A stretch of DNA of 64,000 nucleotides, taken from assembly GCF_009914755.1 (NCBI RefSeq), contig NC_060927.1, one strand, 5' to 3'. The first letter of the stretch is position 1. The number at the start of each line of letters is the position of its first letter. The position numbers and the translations under genes were made by a program. Source of the stretch: the human T2T-CHM13v2.0 reference genome, Homo sapiens. Below, in pieces: positions 49,446 through 64,000 of this stretch. Below the pieces are notes generated by a model, which was given only the letters and a program-made list of their open reading frames with translations, had not been told where the DNA came from and searched no databases.

Positions 49446-51047
49446 TCATATTTTCCATTCCTAATGTAATAATATGTGTTTAGACTACTGTCAGTTATAA
49501 TAACACACAATATCTCTAAAGATTAAACAGGAAGTCGGCTAACATGACCACGCTTTCATGATGTTAAGTAGAAAACCAGCACCAGGAAGTCACAGCACAG
49601 GAAGAATATATTATATTGTGAGAAAATACTGTTAGTTCAAATTTAACTGAGCAGCTTATGGCATTCTGTGATCAAGTAGAGCATATTTCCCTGCAGAGAT
49701 GGCCAATCACATCAGTTGAGTAGTTGGGATGAAAACGGTAAAGACACGATTTATTTGTGATTATAAGTAAGCAAAGGAGGCATTTCTAACCACAAACCAA
49801 GGTTCTTGACAATTCAATTTATTTAAATTTTCTATTACTAAATTTTATTTATCTCTTGAGCTTAATTAATGAAGACAGAATTCTATCATGACAAAAGTAA
49901 ATTATGTGAAATTTATGATTTATCTATAAATTCAAAGTTAAACTCTGTCATGTATAGGTTTTGCCCATTCTTTTTTTTTTCCCTGGAATAGATTCAGTTA
50001 TATGGCATTGTGAACTAAAAAGAGGGGCACAACCCTTCATTATTCTCACTGTAGACCTCTCATTGAGGTGGACAGTCCTTTGGATTAACCTTTGATCAGC
50101 TAATCTCTTAGTACTACTGATATCATTGGAGGTGGCTTCAAGTTCCTATTATCATGTGCACTTAGACAAACTTGTCTCCATTTGCCCTCTGGTATGCAGG
50201 TTCTCCTCGTTATAACTACAAGGCTGTCTAAAAGCATGTGACATCTCCCTGTCAGCCAATATCTAAACTGGGAGACCAAGGAACCACGGTGACCCTGAGC
50301 TTAGCTATAGTGATTGCTTCTCTTCCAATTCAGGGGAATGTGCATAGTCTTACAGAAAGCAACAAGGACTGTCTGAGCCTCCTTTAGACACCACCAGAAG
50401 GAACTTCCCTGTGATTTAGGAAGAGGATCTTCACCAGGTCTTTGAGACACTACTGATTTCTATTTATTTGTCTATTGTTTATTTCTACTTATTTGTCTCT
50501 CCTTTTCACTCTCTCTACACAGTCAGAGAGTAAGCATTCACTTACTCTGAAGAATACCCCATGAGTGCCAGTATAGGAAAAATCTCAAGTAAATAAATAT
50601 TTTATGCTGACCTGTATTCTGCTATGCCTATTGATATATTAGGACTTTGCCTTAAGAATGCTAAAAAGCCTTTTCTATAAGATTGCTTTCTCTCTATTCC
50701 CTTGGTCTTGAAATTCTAGAGTTTATTTGGAAACTTTGTTATTCTTATCTCTGAAATATTAATCATCTTCTCATCTAGTGGCATTCCTACATCAGTCAAA
50801 ACTTCAAATAACACAAGTTCCAGTTACCTTTGCAGTTACCAAAGTTCAGAATCTTGAAAATGTCCAGATTAATTACCCTCTTACTCTACATAATAATGAA
50901 GCTGTTTTATAAGTAATTTTTAAACTGATTCATTTGTTTTACCACAAACTAGAAAGATAGAAACAATAATGATAAAATAACAATGTGGTAGGATAACAAT
51001 AGTGGCAATGGTGTAAAAATGTTAATACATTGAGTACACATGTATGG

Positions 51048-51415
51048 TTTATTTGTCCATTCTCACACTACTGTAAAGATACTACCTGAGACTGTGTAAT
51101 TTACAAAGAAAAGAGGTTGAATTGACTCATACTTCTGCATGGCTGAGGAGGCACCAGGAAGCTTAAAGTCAAGGCAGAAGGCAAAGGGGAATCAAGGCAT
51201 GTGTTACATGGCAGCAGGAGAGCGAAATGTACAGAGGAAATACCAGGCACTTATCAAACAACCAGATCTCTTGAGAACTCCTTCAGCATTATGAGAACAG
51301 CATGGGGGAAAGCTCCCCCATGTTCGAATCACCTCCCACCAGACCCCTCCCTTGACATGTGGGGATTACAGTTTGAGATAAGATTTGAGTGGGGACACAG
51401 AGCCAAATCATATCA
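51048..51415 (-). mobile_element. MSTA-like solo LTR inserted in a MIR
   Basis: Perfect 5-bp TSD TATGG (51043-51047, 51416-51420); MaLR end 'ggggacacagagccaaatcatatca'. Confidence 0.9.
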
Positions 51416-51872
51416 TATGGTAAATATTTTTCTAAGTGATTTATATAAATAAGCCCTGGAGTTTTACACAATCTTATGAGATAGGAATTGTTAATATTAC
51501 CTTTTAAAGATGATGAAATCAAATCAAAACAGTTAAGTAATTTGTCCAAGATTAGTCAGCTAACAAGCAAAATTAGAAGAGCTGACCCTGGCAGTCTGGG
51601 TCGTAATTCATTACGACCTGTGCCTGTGGACGTAATTCATTACTTTATACTTTTTCCATAACCTCATCATCCAGTCCCACATCATGCAATTAGATACAAA
51701 CGAGTTTCTGTAATGTTTATCTACTAACTGTATCACCTTTGACAAATTACTAATTATTCTCTGCTTCAGTTTTCTCATCTGTAAAAAAGGAATAATAGTA
51801 CCTTTTTAAAAGACTTTTCTTAAATTATCTGAAATAATTTACTCAATTATAAAATAGAAAAGAGAAGACAAT

Positions 51873-52500
51873 TGTCAAAGACAAATGAAAACAAACACTA
51901 GTTAAAGTGGTAAGAAGAGATTTCATTCAGTAATACATCATTGCAAAAGAGAAGATGGTCCAATATGAACTGAACTCAACTTCAATGTCTACAGTGGTGA
52001 CTAGGCATTTCCAAGAGAGAATAAGGGGAGTAGGGAGGAGTGTGAGCAGGAGCTCAGTAGTCAAGTGAAAAATTACAAAGTATTGGTTCATATCTAAATG
52101 CAATTTGTCCAGTTGTGTCTGCCAGCAGGTAATTATCAAAGTTAGGATTCTGTTCTCCCACAGAGACCGGGAACTGGCAGCCTCATCCTTCCTAATGATT
52201 AAACATCAAATGAATGGTTTTTCAGATTCTTGAGAAAGACATTCTTGAGTTTTAAGAGTTGTATATACATTTCGGAGGGACAGAAGAAGGATTCACAATT
52301 TACTAAAACCTTTTTAGTAAATGCTCTGGAAAAGGGGATAAGGGGCCTATTATCAGGTGTTCATAAGAACAAGCAATAAATTATGTTGACATTCCCAAGC
52401 TTTCCCAGACAGTAACTCAAAAAGGAGGCTGGGTTGTCCTAAAAATGTGGCCTTAGGCTCCTAGAAACGGTTGATAAAGTATTTTAATTTGTGTATGATG
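51873..52500 (-). mobile_element. MER67-like ERV1 LTR
   Basis: 'ttctcccacagagac..tccttcctaatgatta..cttgagaaagacattc..gtaaatgctct'. Confidence 0.65.
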
Positions 52501-53395
52501 AGTGACAGAGAAAGGTGGAGAGGTGTTGTTTAACAACACACAAAAAGTTATAAGAGTACAGTCACTTGATATTCTAATTTATTTTTAATTTCTATTTTAT
52601 AAGTATCATTTTTGATAGCTTAACTTGTGTTAGGCACTGGGTTAAGCATTTTTTGTAGATCCAAATACAAATCTATGAGTATGTAATCCAAGAACAAAAT
52701 TCTAAGCCTCACAACCAACTGAATGAACTCCTCTTGGCCACAGGCATTCTAAAGTAAACCCGAAACACTAGTTCAGGCCATGATGGGAATAGGTGGTCGG
52801 ACATGCCTTATTATGCCTTCCTCTCATTGGAATTCTGGCACAGCTGACCAGTGTTAACATTAAAACAGAGACCTAAACTAACAGAACAGACTAGTGTTGA
52901 AAAAAAAAAAAAAAACTTCTGCTGAATTAAATTTAGAAGAGTTTAATATTTAATTGAGCAATGAAAAATTCACAAATCCAACAGACCCCAGAATCATAGT
53001 GGATTCAGAGAGAATCCAGTGCTGCCGCATGTTGGAAGAAGATTTATAGAAGAAAAAAAACAAAAAGGAAATGATGTACAGAAATTGGAAGTGAGGTACA
53101 GAAACAACTGGATTGGTTACAGCTTGGCATTTGCGTTATTTGAATACAGTTCAAGTAGTTGGCTACATTCAATTGGACAAAATTCAGTGATTGGCATGGG
53201 TGTGAGCTATGGTCAGTTTGAACCTCCACTTGTTATAGTTCACGATGTACAACAAAACGTTTAGGCTGAGCTTAAATATGTACAGAGGCAGCTTTAGGTT
53301 AATACAGATTAACAATTTCCCGTTTTGGTCATTTTCTCAATTTTGAGAGATTGACCAAAATTTTAGTCATTGATGTTACTGCTACCATTGGTCTT

Positions 53396-56441
<3,046 letters not shown>

Positions 56442-57288
56442 TGAAAGACTCTCAGAAACAGTAGAACTGTGGGTTCTGTAAAGTGGAAATAAGGACTGAG
56501 TACAGCGTACCTCGTTATGCTGGAGCATCCTGTTTGCAGAAGAAAAACAAAACCTGGTCTCTTCTAAGATCTATGTGTTTCCTTAAATTCTTAGTTTAAT
56601 TATCTGGCATTTACCGTGGGTGACTCCATTTTGGTTTGGTTTGGTCTGTTGAGGCCTAGTGCGTGAGCTCAGTCCAAAACAATGCAACCTATAATTTTGA
56701 TTTAAAAATTCCCCTTTTCATCAGGTTCTCACTCAGTTGAGAGTGTGACCAAAACTTAGGGCCTTAGTGCCACTCTCAGTTGCCATCATTTTGGGATTCG
56801 AATCTCAGTATGTTATTCATAGGTTACGGTGTCCTCATTCTCACACATTTCTTTTAGCTTTTGTAATTGCAGTTGAAGAGAGACCATTTGACATTCTAGA
56901 GATGACTTCATGCAAACATTTAAGACCTTTCAGAGAATACAGCACACCAGGGATACTACTATTATGACTATGGGGAAGATAATACCAAGAATTTGGAGTA
57001 TGTTCATTACCCAGGGTCCCCATAAGCCAAACCATTTTAAATAAATCAAAGAATGAGCTAGATAACTAAACAGTCTCTTCATTAATCCCCTACAACTCAA
57101 TCTCTATAACCTACATTTGATGTATTTCTTTATAGGCCAAAACTGTCAGTGGCTGCACAGATGCCTTGCTGTTTAGACAATTATATTCTTTAGAATAACT
57201 TTCACAAATAATTTAAAGTCTGTTGTTGTGCATCCATAGCCTTTATAGTAGAATCTGCTAAAGGGGCTATCGTGATGCATACATTTCT

Positions 57289-57855
57289 TTTATTATTATT
57301 ATTATTATTATTATTAATTGATTTTTAAAATTATACTTTAAGTTATGGGGTACATGTGCACAATGTGCAGGTTTATTCCATAGGTATACATGTGTCATGT
57401 TGGTTTCTGCACCCATCAACTCGTCTTTTACAGTAGCTATTTCTCCTAATGCTATCCCTCCCCAACACCTCCACCCCCCAACAGGCCCAGTGTGTGATGT
57501 TCCCCTCCCTGTGACCATGTGTTCTCATTGTTCAACTCCCACTTGTGAATGAGAACATGCAGTGTTTGGTTTTCTGTCCTTATGATAGTTTGCTGAGAAT
57601 GATGGTTTCCAGCTTCATCCATGTCCCTGCAAAGGATATGAACTCATCCTTTTTTATGGCTTCATAGTATTCCGTGCTGTACATGTGCCACATTTTCTTT
57701 ATCCAGTCTATTATTGATGGACATTAGGGTTGGTTCCAAGACTTTGCTATTGTGAATAATGCTGCAATAAACATATGTGAGCATGTGTCTTTATAGCGCA
57801 TGATTTATAATCCTTTGGGTAGATATCCAGTAATGTGTAGGGATTCCTCAAGGAT
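57289..57855 (-). mobile_element. L1PA6/7-like 3' fragment with (TAT)n tail and a 21-bp inverted 5' piece
   Basis: L1 3' UTR to 57834; 57835-57855 is sense L1; TSD gtgatgcatacatttct/atgagggatacatttct. Confidence 0.88.
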
Positions 57856-58654
57856 GAGGGATACATTTCTAATCATTGCCTCTTTTACTCCAAATCATGG
57901 AAAGAGGAGGACCTAACAAATAATGCCCTTCTAGAAGAGTGAAGACCTCCTGGCAAAGTTCTCTTTAACCCATGATGTGAGTTAAGAGGAGTAAACCAAC
58001 ATTCTGTTTCTGACTGATTATGAGGCAACATATGTATCATTTAAGTTTCTTACCTACATTGGGCCTTCATTTTTCATTTATCAAGGTATAAAGTTATCCA
58101 TGTATAAGGCTGGCTGCAAATTCCCTCACAAACAAAAGTGCACTGCTTAAGTGTACACAGCATACCCCCTTTTCACTTCTATTATTTATAGAGACATAAG
58201 CAAGAAAAAGATATTCAAAATAAGAGCCTCATGATAGTAGAAAAGTCTTGATCTGTGATCTTGGGAAAGCTGTTTACATCAAGGATGCCATCTTCTTCTG
58301 GGGAGAAACTTCCCTGGTTAGCTTTATCTTAAGTGTACCAATGGCTATACAGTTTCAAGAGTGTGAAGGGACCCTTCTCAGTTGTGAGAATATGAACTCA
58401 AAGTTCAAGTTCCTGAAGTTTTGTTGCAGTATGGATGGCAAGGGCAGTCTTCCTCTGACGTTCTCAGAAGTTCCAATCTTTGGGTTTTAGATTGTGAAGG
58501 GGTTGATTGTCCTCAATGCACCATAAAAAACTTTCTTTACCTGTTGAAAATACACAGTGGCAGAATAGTCTAGTGTTATAACATCATCCTTCTTGCATGG
58601 GAAACCTTTTATACAACAACAACCAAAAAAACAGGTATTGGAAACGACAATTGA

Positions 58655-59017
58655 TTGAGATACTACTTAGTCCAGGGCCTGGTAGTAGTCACTGTATGTC
58701 TTGGGTCTGGCATTGTTCAATCCAGATGTTAGATGGGACAGAAAGAATAACCCAGAACCCTGGAACAAACTGAGTCTCAACAATCAATACAACTTCTATT
58801 CAGTGAATGTGCATTACAGCAAACTGAAGAAAGAAGGTCCAGATTTCTAACTGAAGTATTTCACTGCTGCTTTAGAATGAATGTCTTCTGGAAGCCATCC
58901 ACAAATTTTCCCACTTAACCAGGAAATATTTCTCCAATGAATGCATAAAATCATGTTGATGTAATGTGTTGGAGAGTACACTGATAAATAAATAATTGAA
59001 ACTTGAAAATAAAAAAA
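58655..59017 (+). pseudogene. NDUFA4: NDUFA4 (COXFA4) processed pseudogene in the MER57 internal region; CDS remnant ~58692-58850
   Basis: Translates [52 protein letters not shown]; intronless; AATAAA at 58987; A-tail 59006-59017; decayed ~15-bp TSD ggaaacgacaattga/gaaaatgatagttga; symbol is the parent gene. Confidence 0.93.
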
Positions 59018-59798
59018 GAAAATGATAGTTGAATAAAATTCCTTTATAAATGTTTAAAGGGCCCATCAGGTAGTGAAATTTATGAGAAGCTTTGATTGTC
59101 TTTCCAGGAATACAGGTATGACAAACTAGCATTGGTTATAAACTAGTTTAGCGATTTATAATTGTCTCCAAAGTAGGTAAATTGAAATTTTTTTAAAGTC
59201 AAAGCAATTTGTGACCTTAAAGCATTTAGTAAACCTAATATCTGACCTGCCTAATTTAGACCAAATGTCTTTATTTTACCAATAGTTTTAAAGCTGCTTT
59301 TATTTCCAAAAGATTACCAAAGTTACATGAACTAAAAGACACCAATGTTTTAATTTTTCTTCAAAGTATTTGATTTAAGCACTTATTTTTCTTTAAGCCA
59401 ATTAACTGTAGCTCTTTTATATAAACATCACATACACAATACATGTATAACTACACAGACAGGCAGAAGAAGATCCAGTAGTTGTAAGATTTTTTTATTT
59501 TCCACTTTCTTAATTGGCCTCAGGATGGAGCCCTTCAATAAACAGGGCTAGTAAAACATGCAGTTTCTAAAGCTAGCAAGCAGGTACAGCTGGAAGAGAA
59601 AAACAGATCTTAGACCCCCCAAAAAGAGGGAAATGCCATGGGAGAAGACAGTGCAATGCTTTTACTGTGCATTTTATTGCATGGCAACCCAAAGCCAATC
59701 AGCACATTTTGCAATCAGCCCATTTCTAAAACTGTATTTCCTACCTATTTATTACACACTAAAGCTCTCTTATAATGAAAAGTAATCTCTGATAATCC

Positions 59799-60212
59799 TG
59801 TGAAAGAAAAATAAATCTTGGAAATCTTGGGGTCCCAAAATCACTAAGCTGAAAGGAAAAGTCAAACTGGGAACTGCTTAGAGCAAACCTGCCTCCCAAC
59901 CTATTCAAAGTCATCCCTCTGCTCGCTGAGAGAAATGCGTATGTGATCACCTCATTTGGAAAGGCTAATCAGACACTCAAAAAATTGCAATCATTTTTCT
60001 CTCATCTACCTGTACCTGGAAGACCCCTCCCTGCTTATATTGATTGATGTCTCCTGTCTTGTTAAAATGTAGAAAACCAAACTGTGCCCCAACCACGTTG
60101 AGCACATGTTGTCAGGACCTCCTGAGGCTGTGTCATGGGCATATGTCCTCAACCTTGTCAAAATAAACTTTCTAAATTAACTGAGACCTCTCTCAGATTA
60201 TCAGGGGTCACA
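59799..60212 (+). mobile_element. MER4A-like solo LTR inside the MER57 internal region
   Basis: 'tgtgaaagaaaaataaatcttgg..aaaatcactaagct..aataaactttctaaattaactgagacc..ggtcaca'. Confidence 0.88.
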
Positions 60213-62264
60213 CCCACCAAAGTAAAAAACGTCAGATAACACAATGCAAAACAGAACAGAGAGTTAGACTTTGAGAGAGATCTATTGACTTTCAATTCTT
60301 GGGTTTTCCTGAGGAAAACAGAGGTTTTTCCAAAAACAGGGTTTGTGGCAATTCCTCTGTTTTTCCCAAGGAGTCCCAGGCCATCGGAAGTTATCTTAGG
60401 TCCTCTCATGTGTGCATTAAGGGTGGCAAGACAAAATAATTTAGTTGATTGAGAAGAAAAAATCTTTTTCCAAAAAAAGGACAATATCCAAGAAGAGAAA
60501 AAACAAACGACTTTTAAAGGTACCTATAGCTTGGATACCCACTTTTAATTAAGCTGACTTTCAACCATAGCCCTCTTTAAAAAATCATTTTAAATTTCTT
60601 ATTACTCGCCTTTAGCCAGGCCAAGCAGCCAATATTCTGGCTTTTAAACTTTACCAAAAGTAATCTCCCAGGTGAAACCAACAAGCCTCAACTAAGGTTA
60701 TGACTTAAACATGAGAGATGTATTTCCAAAGGGGTGGTAAGCAGTTTTTGCAAAATCTGGAATCTTTAGAGGTAGCTCAGAGAAAGGAAGATATAAGAAA
60801 GGAAGCCAGAAGGTATTCAAGGAAGGAAGAGAGTAAGCAAGTGGTACAAGTCACAAAGATATTAACCAAAAAGTACTAATTTTTCTTAAGCCAGTATTGA
60901 ACCTGTGCCACCATTGTAAAATGGCAGAGACCAAAAGAAAGTACTGCCACATGGTTACAAAGTCAAGCTACCAAGGACATAAAGCAAGATGGAGACCTCA
61001 TCCAATTTTTGTTTGTTTCTTTGGTTTTCAGAGTACTGTGGCAAAGTTTGTAACTGACCAGTTTTCTAGGCTGGCTTGAAGAGTGGGCTAATGGGGTCCT
61101 AAGCCCTCATTCTGTCCTAAGGCACCCCTCTTCATGAGAGAACAATACACAAACACAAATAAAGCACACCATATTCATTACAGCTTAAGACTAGCCTCAC
61201 ACATTCTTTTTCCCATTAATTAAAACATCAGAGAAGAGATAAACAGTGATTTTTTTTTACTATTTATTGAACTGGTTTGCACAGAGAGAGAGAGTCCAGA
61301 AGTCTGACTGGTAAGAAATTCTTACCTATTTGCCTGCATGTCAGATTTCTGTGTTCCCCTTCCCTGAGCAGCCCTAGTGACCCTACTTATCACAGCATGG
61401 CTCCAGGGCCCAAGCCACATTACAAAGTGAAATCATGGAACCACAGGAAAAATCCTCTCTATTTTGCAAGTTGCCACCCACCCAGCTGCATGGGGGACCT
61501 GAATTTTAATATTTTCCATTCTGGCCAGAATAAAATAAGAGTGATTTAAATAAAAATGTTGAAATCTATTTAGAAGCTCAAGAATCAACATCCCTACAGG
61601 AGACTAATTTGGAAGTCCTCTTTTTTTTTTTTGTTTAATGCACTTCAGTGCATTGTTGTTCATTTGGAATGTTCTGCTCCTAGTTATATTTATGAGATTT
61701 CACCATTTCTCTAGGACTTTGCTGCTTCCTGGGCCTAATGTATAAGCTGGAAGAAACTCAGTTTTTTGGAAATTAAGGATCCCATTTCCATTTTTACCTA
61801 AAACATTGGCTTTGTTCTCAGGTTCCCTTGATTAATTTAGCCAATGATTTTTTTTTTAAGCACTCAAGAAAAATGAAACAAAGGGGTAGAACGCAAAAAT
61901 CCAGGTGAATTTTTAAAAGCCAAATTTTACAATCCCTGCAATATTACCATTTACTACCAGCTTCTTTCTCACCCAGTAAGATGTTAGAGGCCTCTAACTG
62001 GATCCAAGCCAGTTAATTACCAGATCAAATTTAATTCTGGACCCAGTCCAGTTCCTATCGCAACTTCCAAACCCAGTTTGGATCAGAAATTTGCTCAAAG
62101 AAACTCAAAGTACTCAAAACACAAATCTGTGGAGCTCCAAAATCTAAGAGAGGATTTATTCATGATCTGAAGACATTCAGAGATTAAGGGACACAAGTAG
62201 GTCCTTGAAGGTACCTTGCTTATTCACTCACCACTCCTGGGGGCTGCTAGAAGCTGTACTTCGG

Positions 62265-62282
62265 ATCCCATTTCTAACACCA
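62265..62282 (-). promoter_or_regulatory. Retroviral primer-binding site, tRNA-Leu type
   Basis: Minus strand tggtgttagaaatgggat vs tRNA-Leu(CAA) complement tggtgtcagaagtgggat (16/18), 2 nt from the LTR. Confidence 0.75.
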
Positions 62283-63329
62283 GCTGTTAAAATAAAAACT
62301 TTAGCTGAATTAAATTTAAAGGAGTCTAATTAAGCAATGAATGCTTCATGAATCAAGAAGCTCCCAGAATCACAGGAGATTCAGAGACTCCAGTGCAGCC
62401 ATGTGTTGGAAAAAAAATTTATGGACAAAAAAAGGGAAATGATGTACAGAAATTGAAAGTGAGGTACAGAAACAACTGGATAGATTACAGCTTGGTGTCT
62501 GCCTTATTTAAAAATGGTTCAAAAAGCTGGCTACATTTGGTTGGCCGAAACTCAGTGATTGGGCTACAGTTGGTTTACACCTCCACTTGTTGTAGTTCAT
62601 GATGTACAGAAAAACCTTTAGACCAAACTCAAGCATGTGAGGAAACAGCTTTGGCTAAACTTGATTAACAGTAGCAATAAGATACCAGCATAACACCAGG
62701 CCCTGAAAGAGTTTACAGTATTTTACCCCAAATGTAGTTCTTTGACATATTTTGAAATGGCCTAGCAAAGCTGTCTTTTGTGGAGAAAATCTACATTCTA
62801 TAGATAATCCACTTATTTTTCCAGGTCTTTCTCCTAATCCAGGAGAGAATTAGCTATGAGTCTGGCATCTTTTTAACTCCAATAAGAAAGATTTACAATC
62901 TATTCTCTCCGAAGCTTGCTACCTGGAGACTTCATCTGCATAATAAGAATCTTGGTCTCCACAACCTCTTCTCTTAACCCAGAAACTCCATTCTATTGAT
63001 TCCAAGTCTTTCGAGACTATTTCAACCCACTGCCAATCAGAAAATCTTTGAATTCACTTATGCCCTGGAAACCCTCCCTGCTACACTTGCACACTTTGAG
63101 TTGTCCCACCTTTCTGGACTGAATCAATGTATATTGTATTTATTGATGTCTTATGTCTCCCTAATATGTATAAAGCCAAGCTTAGCCTGACCACCTCAGG
63201 CACATGTTCTCAGGATCTCCTGGTGCTGTGTCATGGACCATGGTCACTCATATTTGGCTTAGAATAAAACTCTTTAAATAGCTTACAGAATTTTTTGTAA
63301 ACTTTCTGTAAACTTTTCTTCCAACAAAT

Positions 63330-63560
63330 GGTAATGAAGATTCTCACTTTGACCAAACTCTAGTCAGGCTCCTCTGAGCCCTTTTCTCAATTAGGCCTTA
63401 ACTCTGGACTTTTTATAAAAACTGCAGATGTTCAGCAGAAATTATTTTGTTTCATTCCCTCTTCTACGTATGGAATCTGATACCCTGCAGGTGTAGGCTA
63501 ACCCTCCAGTTACTATCTGGCAGGTTAAGGCAGCCAGCCTAAGAAGTAAACGGTTGAATG
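63330..63560 (+). mobile_element. MER31-like LTR fragment
   Basis: 'ttgaccaaactctagtcaggctcctctgagccc'. Confidence 0.6.
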
Positions 63561-64000
63561 TGGCAATAGCCTACTTGAAAAAAATGTACATGTCATAGAC
63601 TCAGAAATCTCGTGAGAGGTTACTTTCAAAAGGAGAATTTTCAATAATCTTGATTAATTATTCTTTTTTCATTTAATCTTGGTTCAACTTTTAGTGAGTT
63701 TCTCAGAATTTGCTCTTTTAACAAAATGTTTGTTTTTAAAAATACCTGCTTGAAGATTAGCTCTTACTAACATAAATACAATACTGAGGATATATATCTA
63801 CTGACAAATTAAAACAAAGGATAGATGTGAAAGTAAAGGTTTTGAATTTTTAGGAATTTCTCCAAAGGCAGGGTTTCTATAATAATTTATCTTGGCTTAT
63901 CACTGAGAAAAAAATGCTTCTTTATTATAGCTATTGTTTGGAAAGTAGAGAGGGCACAAAAAAATATTTTAAGGATTCACTGAAGCACAGCTTCAAACAA

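Noticed and set aside
53019-53264. Duplicated small gene (similar ORF at 62348-62602)
   Set aside because: These are the two LTRs of one provirus read antisense
58890-58915. NDUFA4 retrocopy as a miR-147b sponge
   Set aside because: The CCGCACA seed match recalled from the parent 3' UTR is absent here ('atccacaaatttt'), and there is no evidence of transcription

Overview
AT-rich, CpG-poor primate (probably human or ape) intergenic/intronic DNA. There is no intact protein-coding gene, and the long ORFs in the track are retroelement or retrocopy remnants. The window is a dense, nested record of transposition: Alu (J/S/Y, FRAM), L1 (PA, MA, older), MaLR (THE1 solo LTRs and one full element, MSTA, MLT1), ERV1 (LTR10, LTR47, MER67, MER4, and a MER57 provirus with a tRNA-Leu PBS), ERVL (HERV16-like, LTR41/52-like), Tigger1 and MADE1. 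It holds two processed pseudogenes. One is a 5'-inverted PSAT1 retrocopy (27.7-29.2 kb). The other is a small NDUFA4/COXFA4 retrocopy (58.7-59.0 kb) that is absent from the ORF track and keeps ancestral, non-human residues. The most notable observations are that NDUFA4 fossil, a rare twin-primed (5'-inverted) Alu, five clear plus one candidate 5'-inverted insertion in total, and an AP-1 motif array in an LTR10. I found no evidence for a new biological system. Repeat subfamily names and parent-gene comparisons come from recalled consensus sequences, not a database search.
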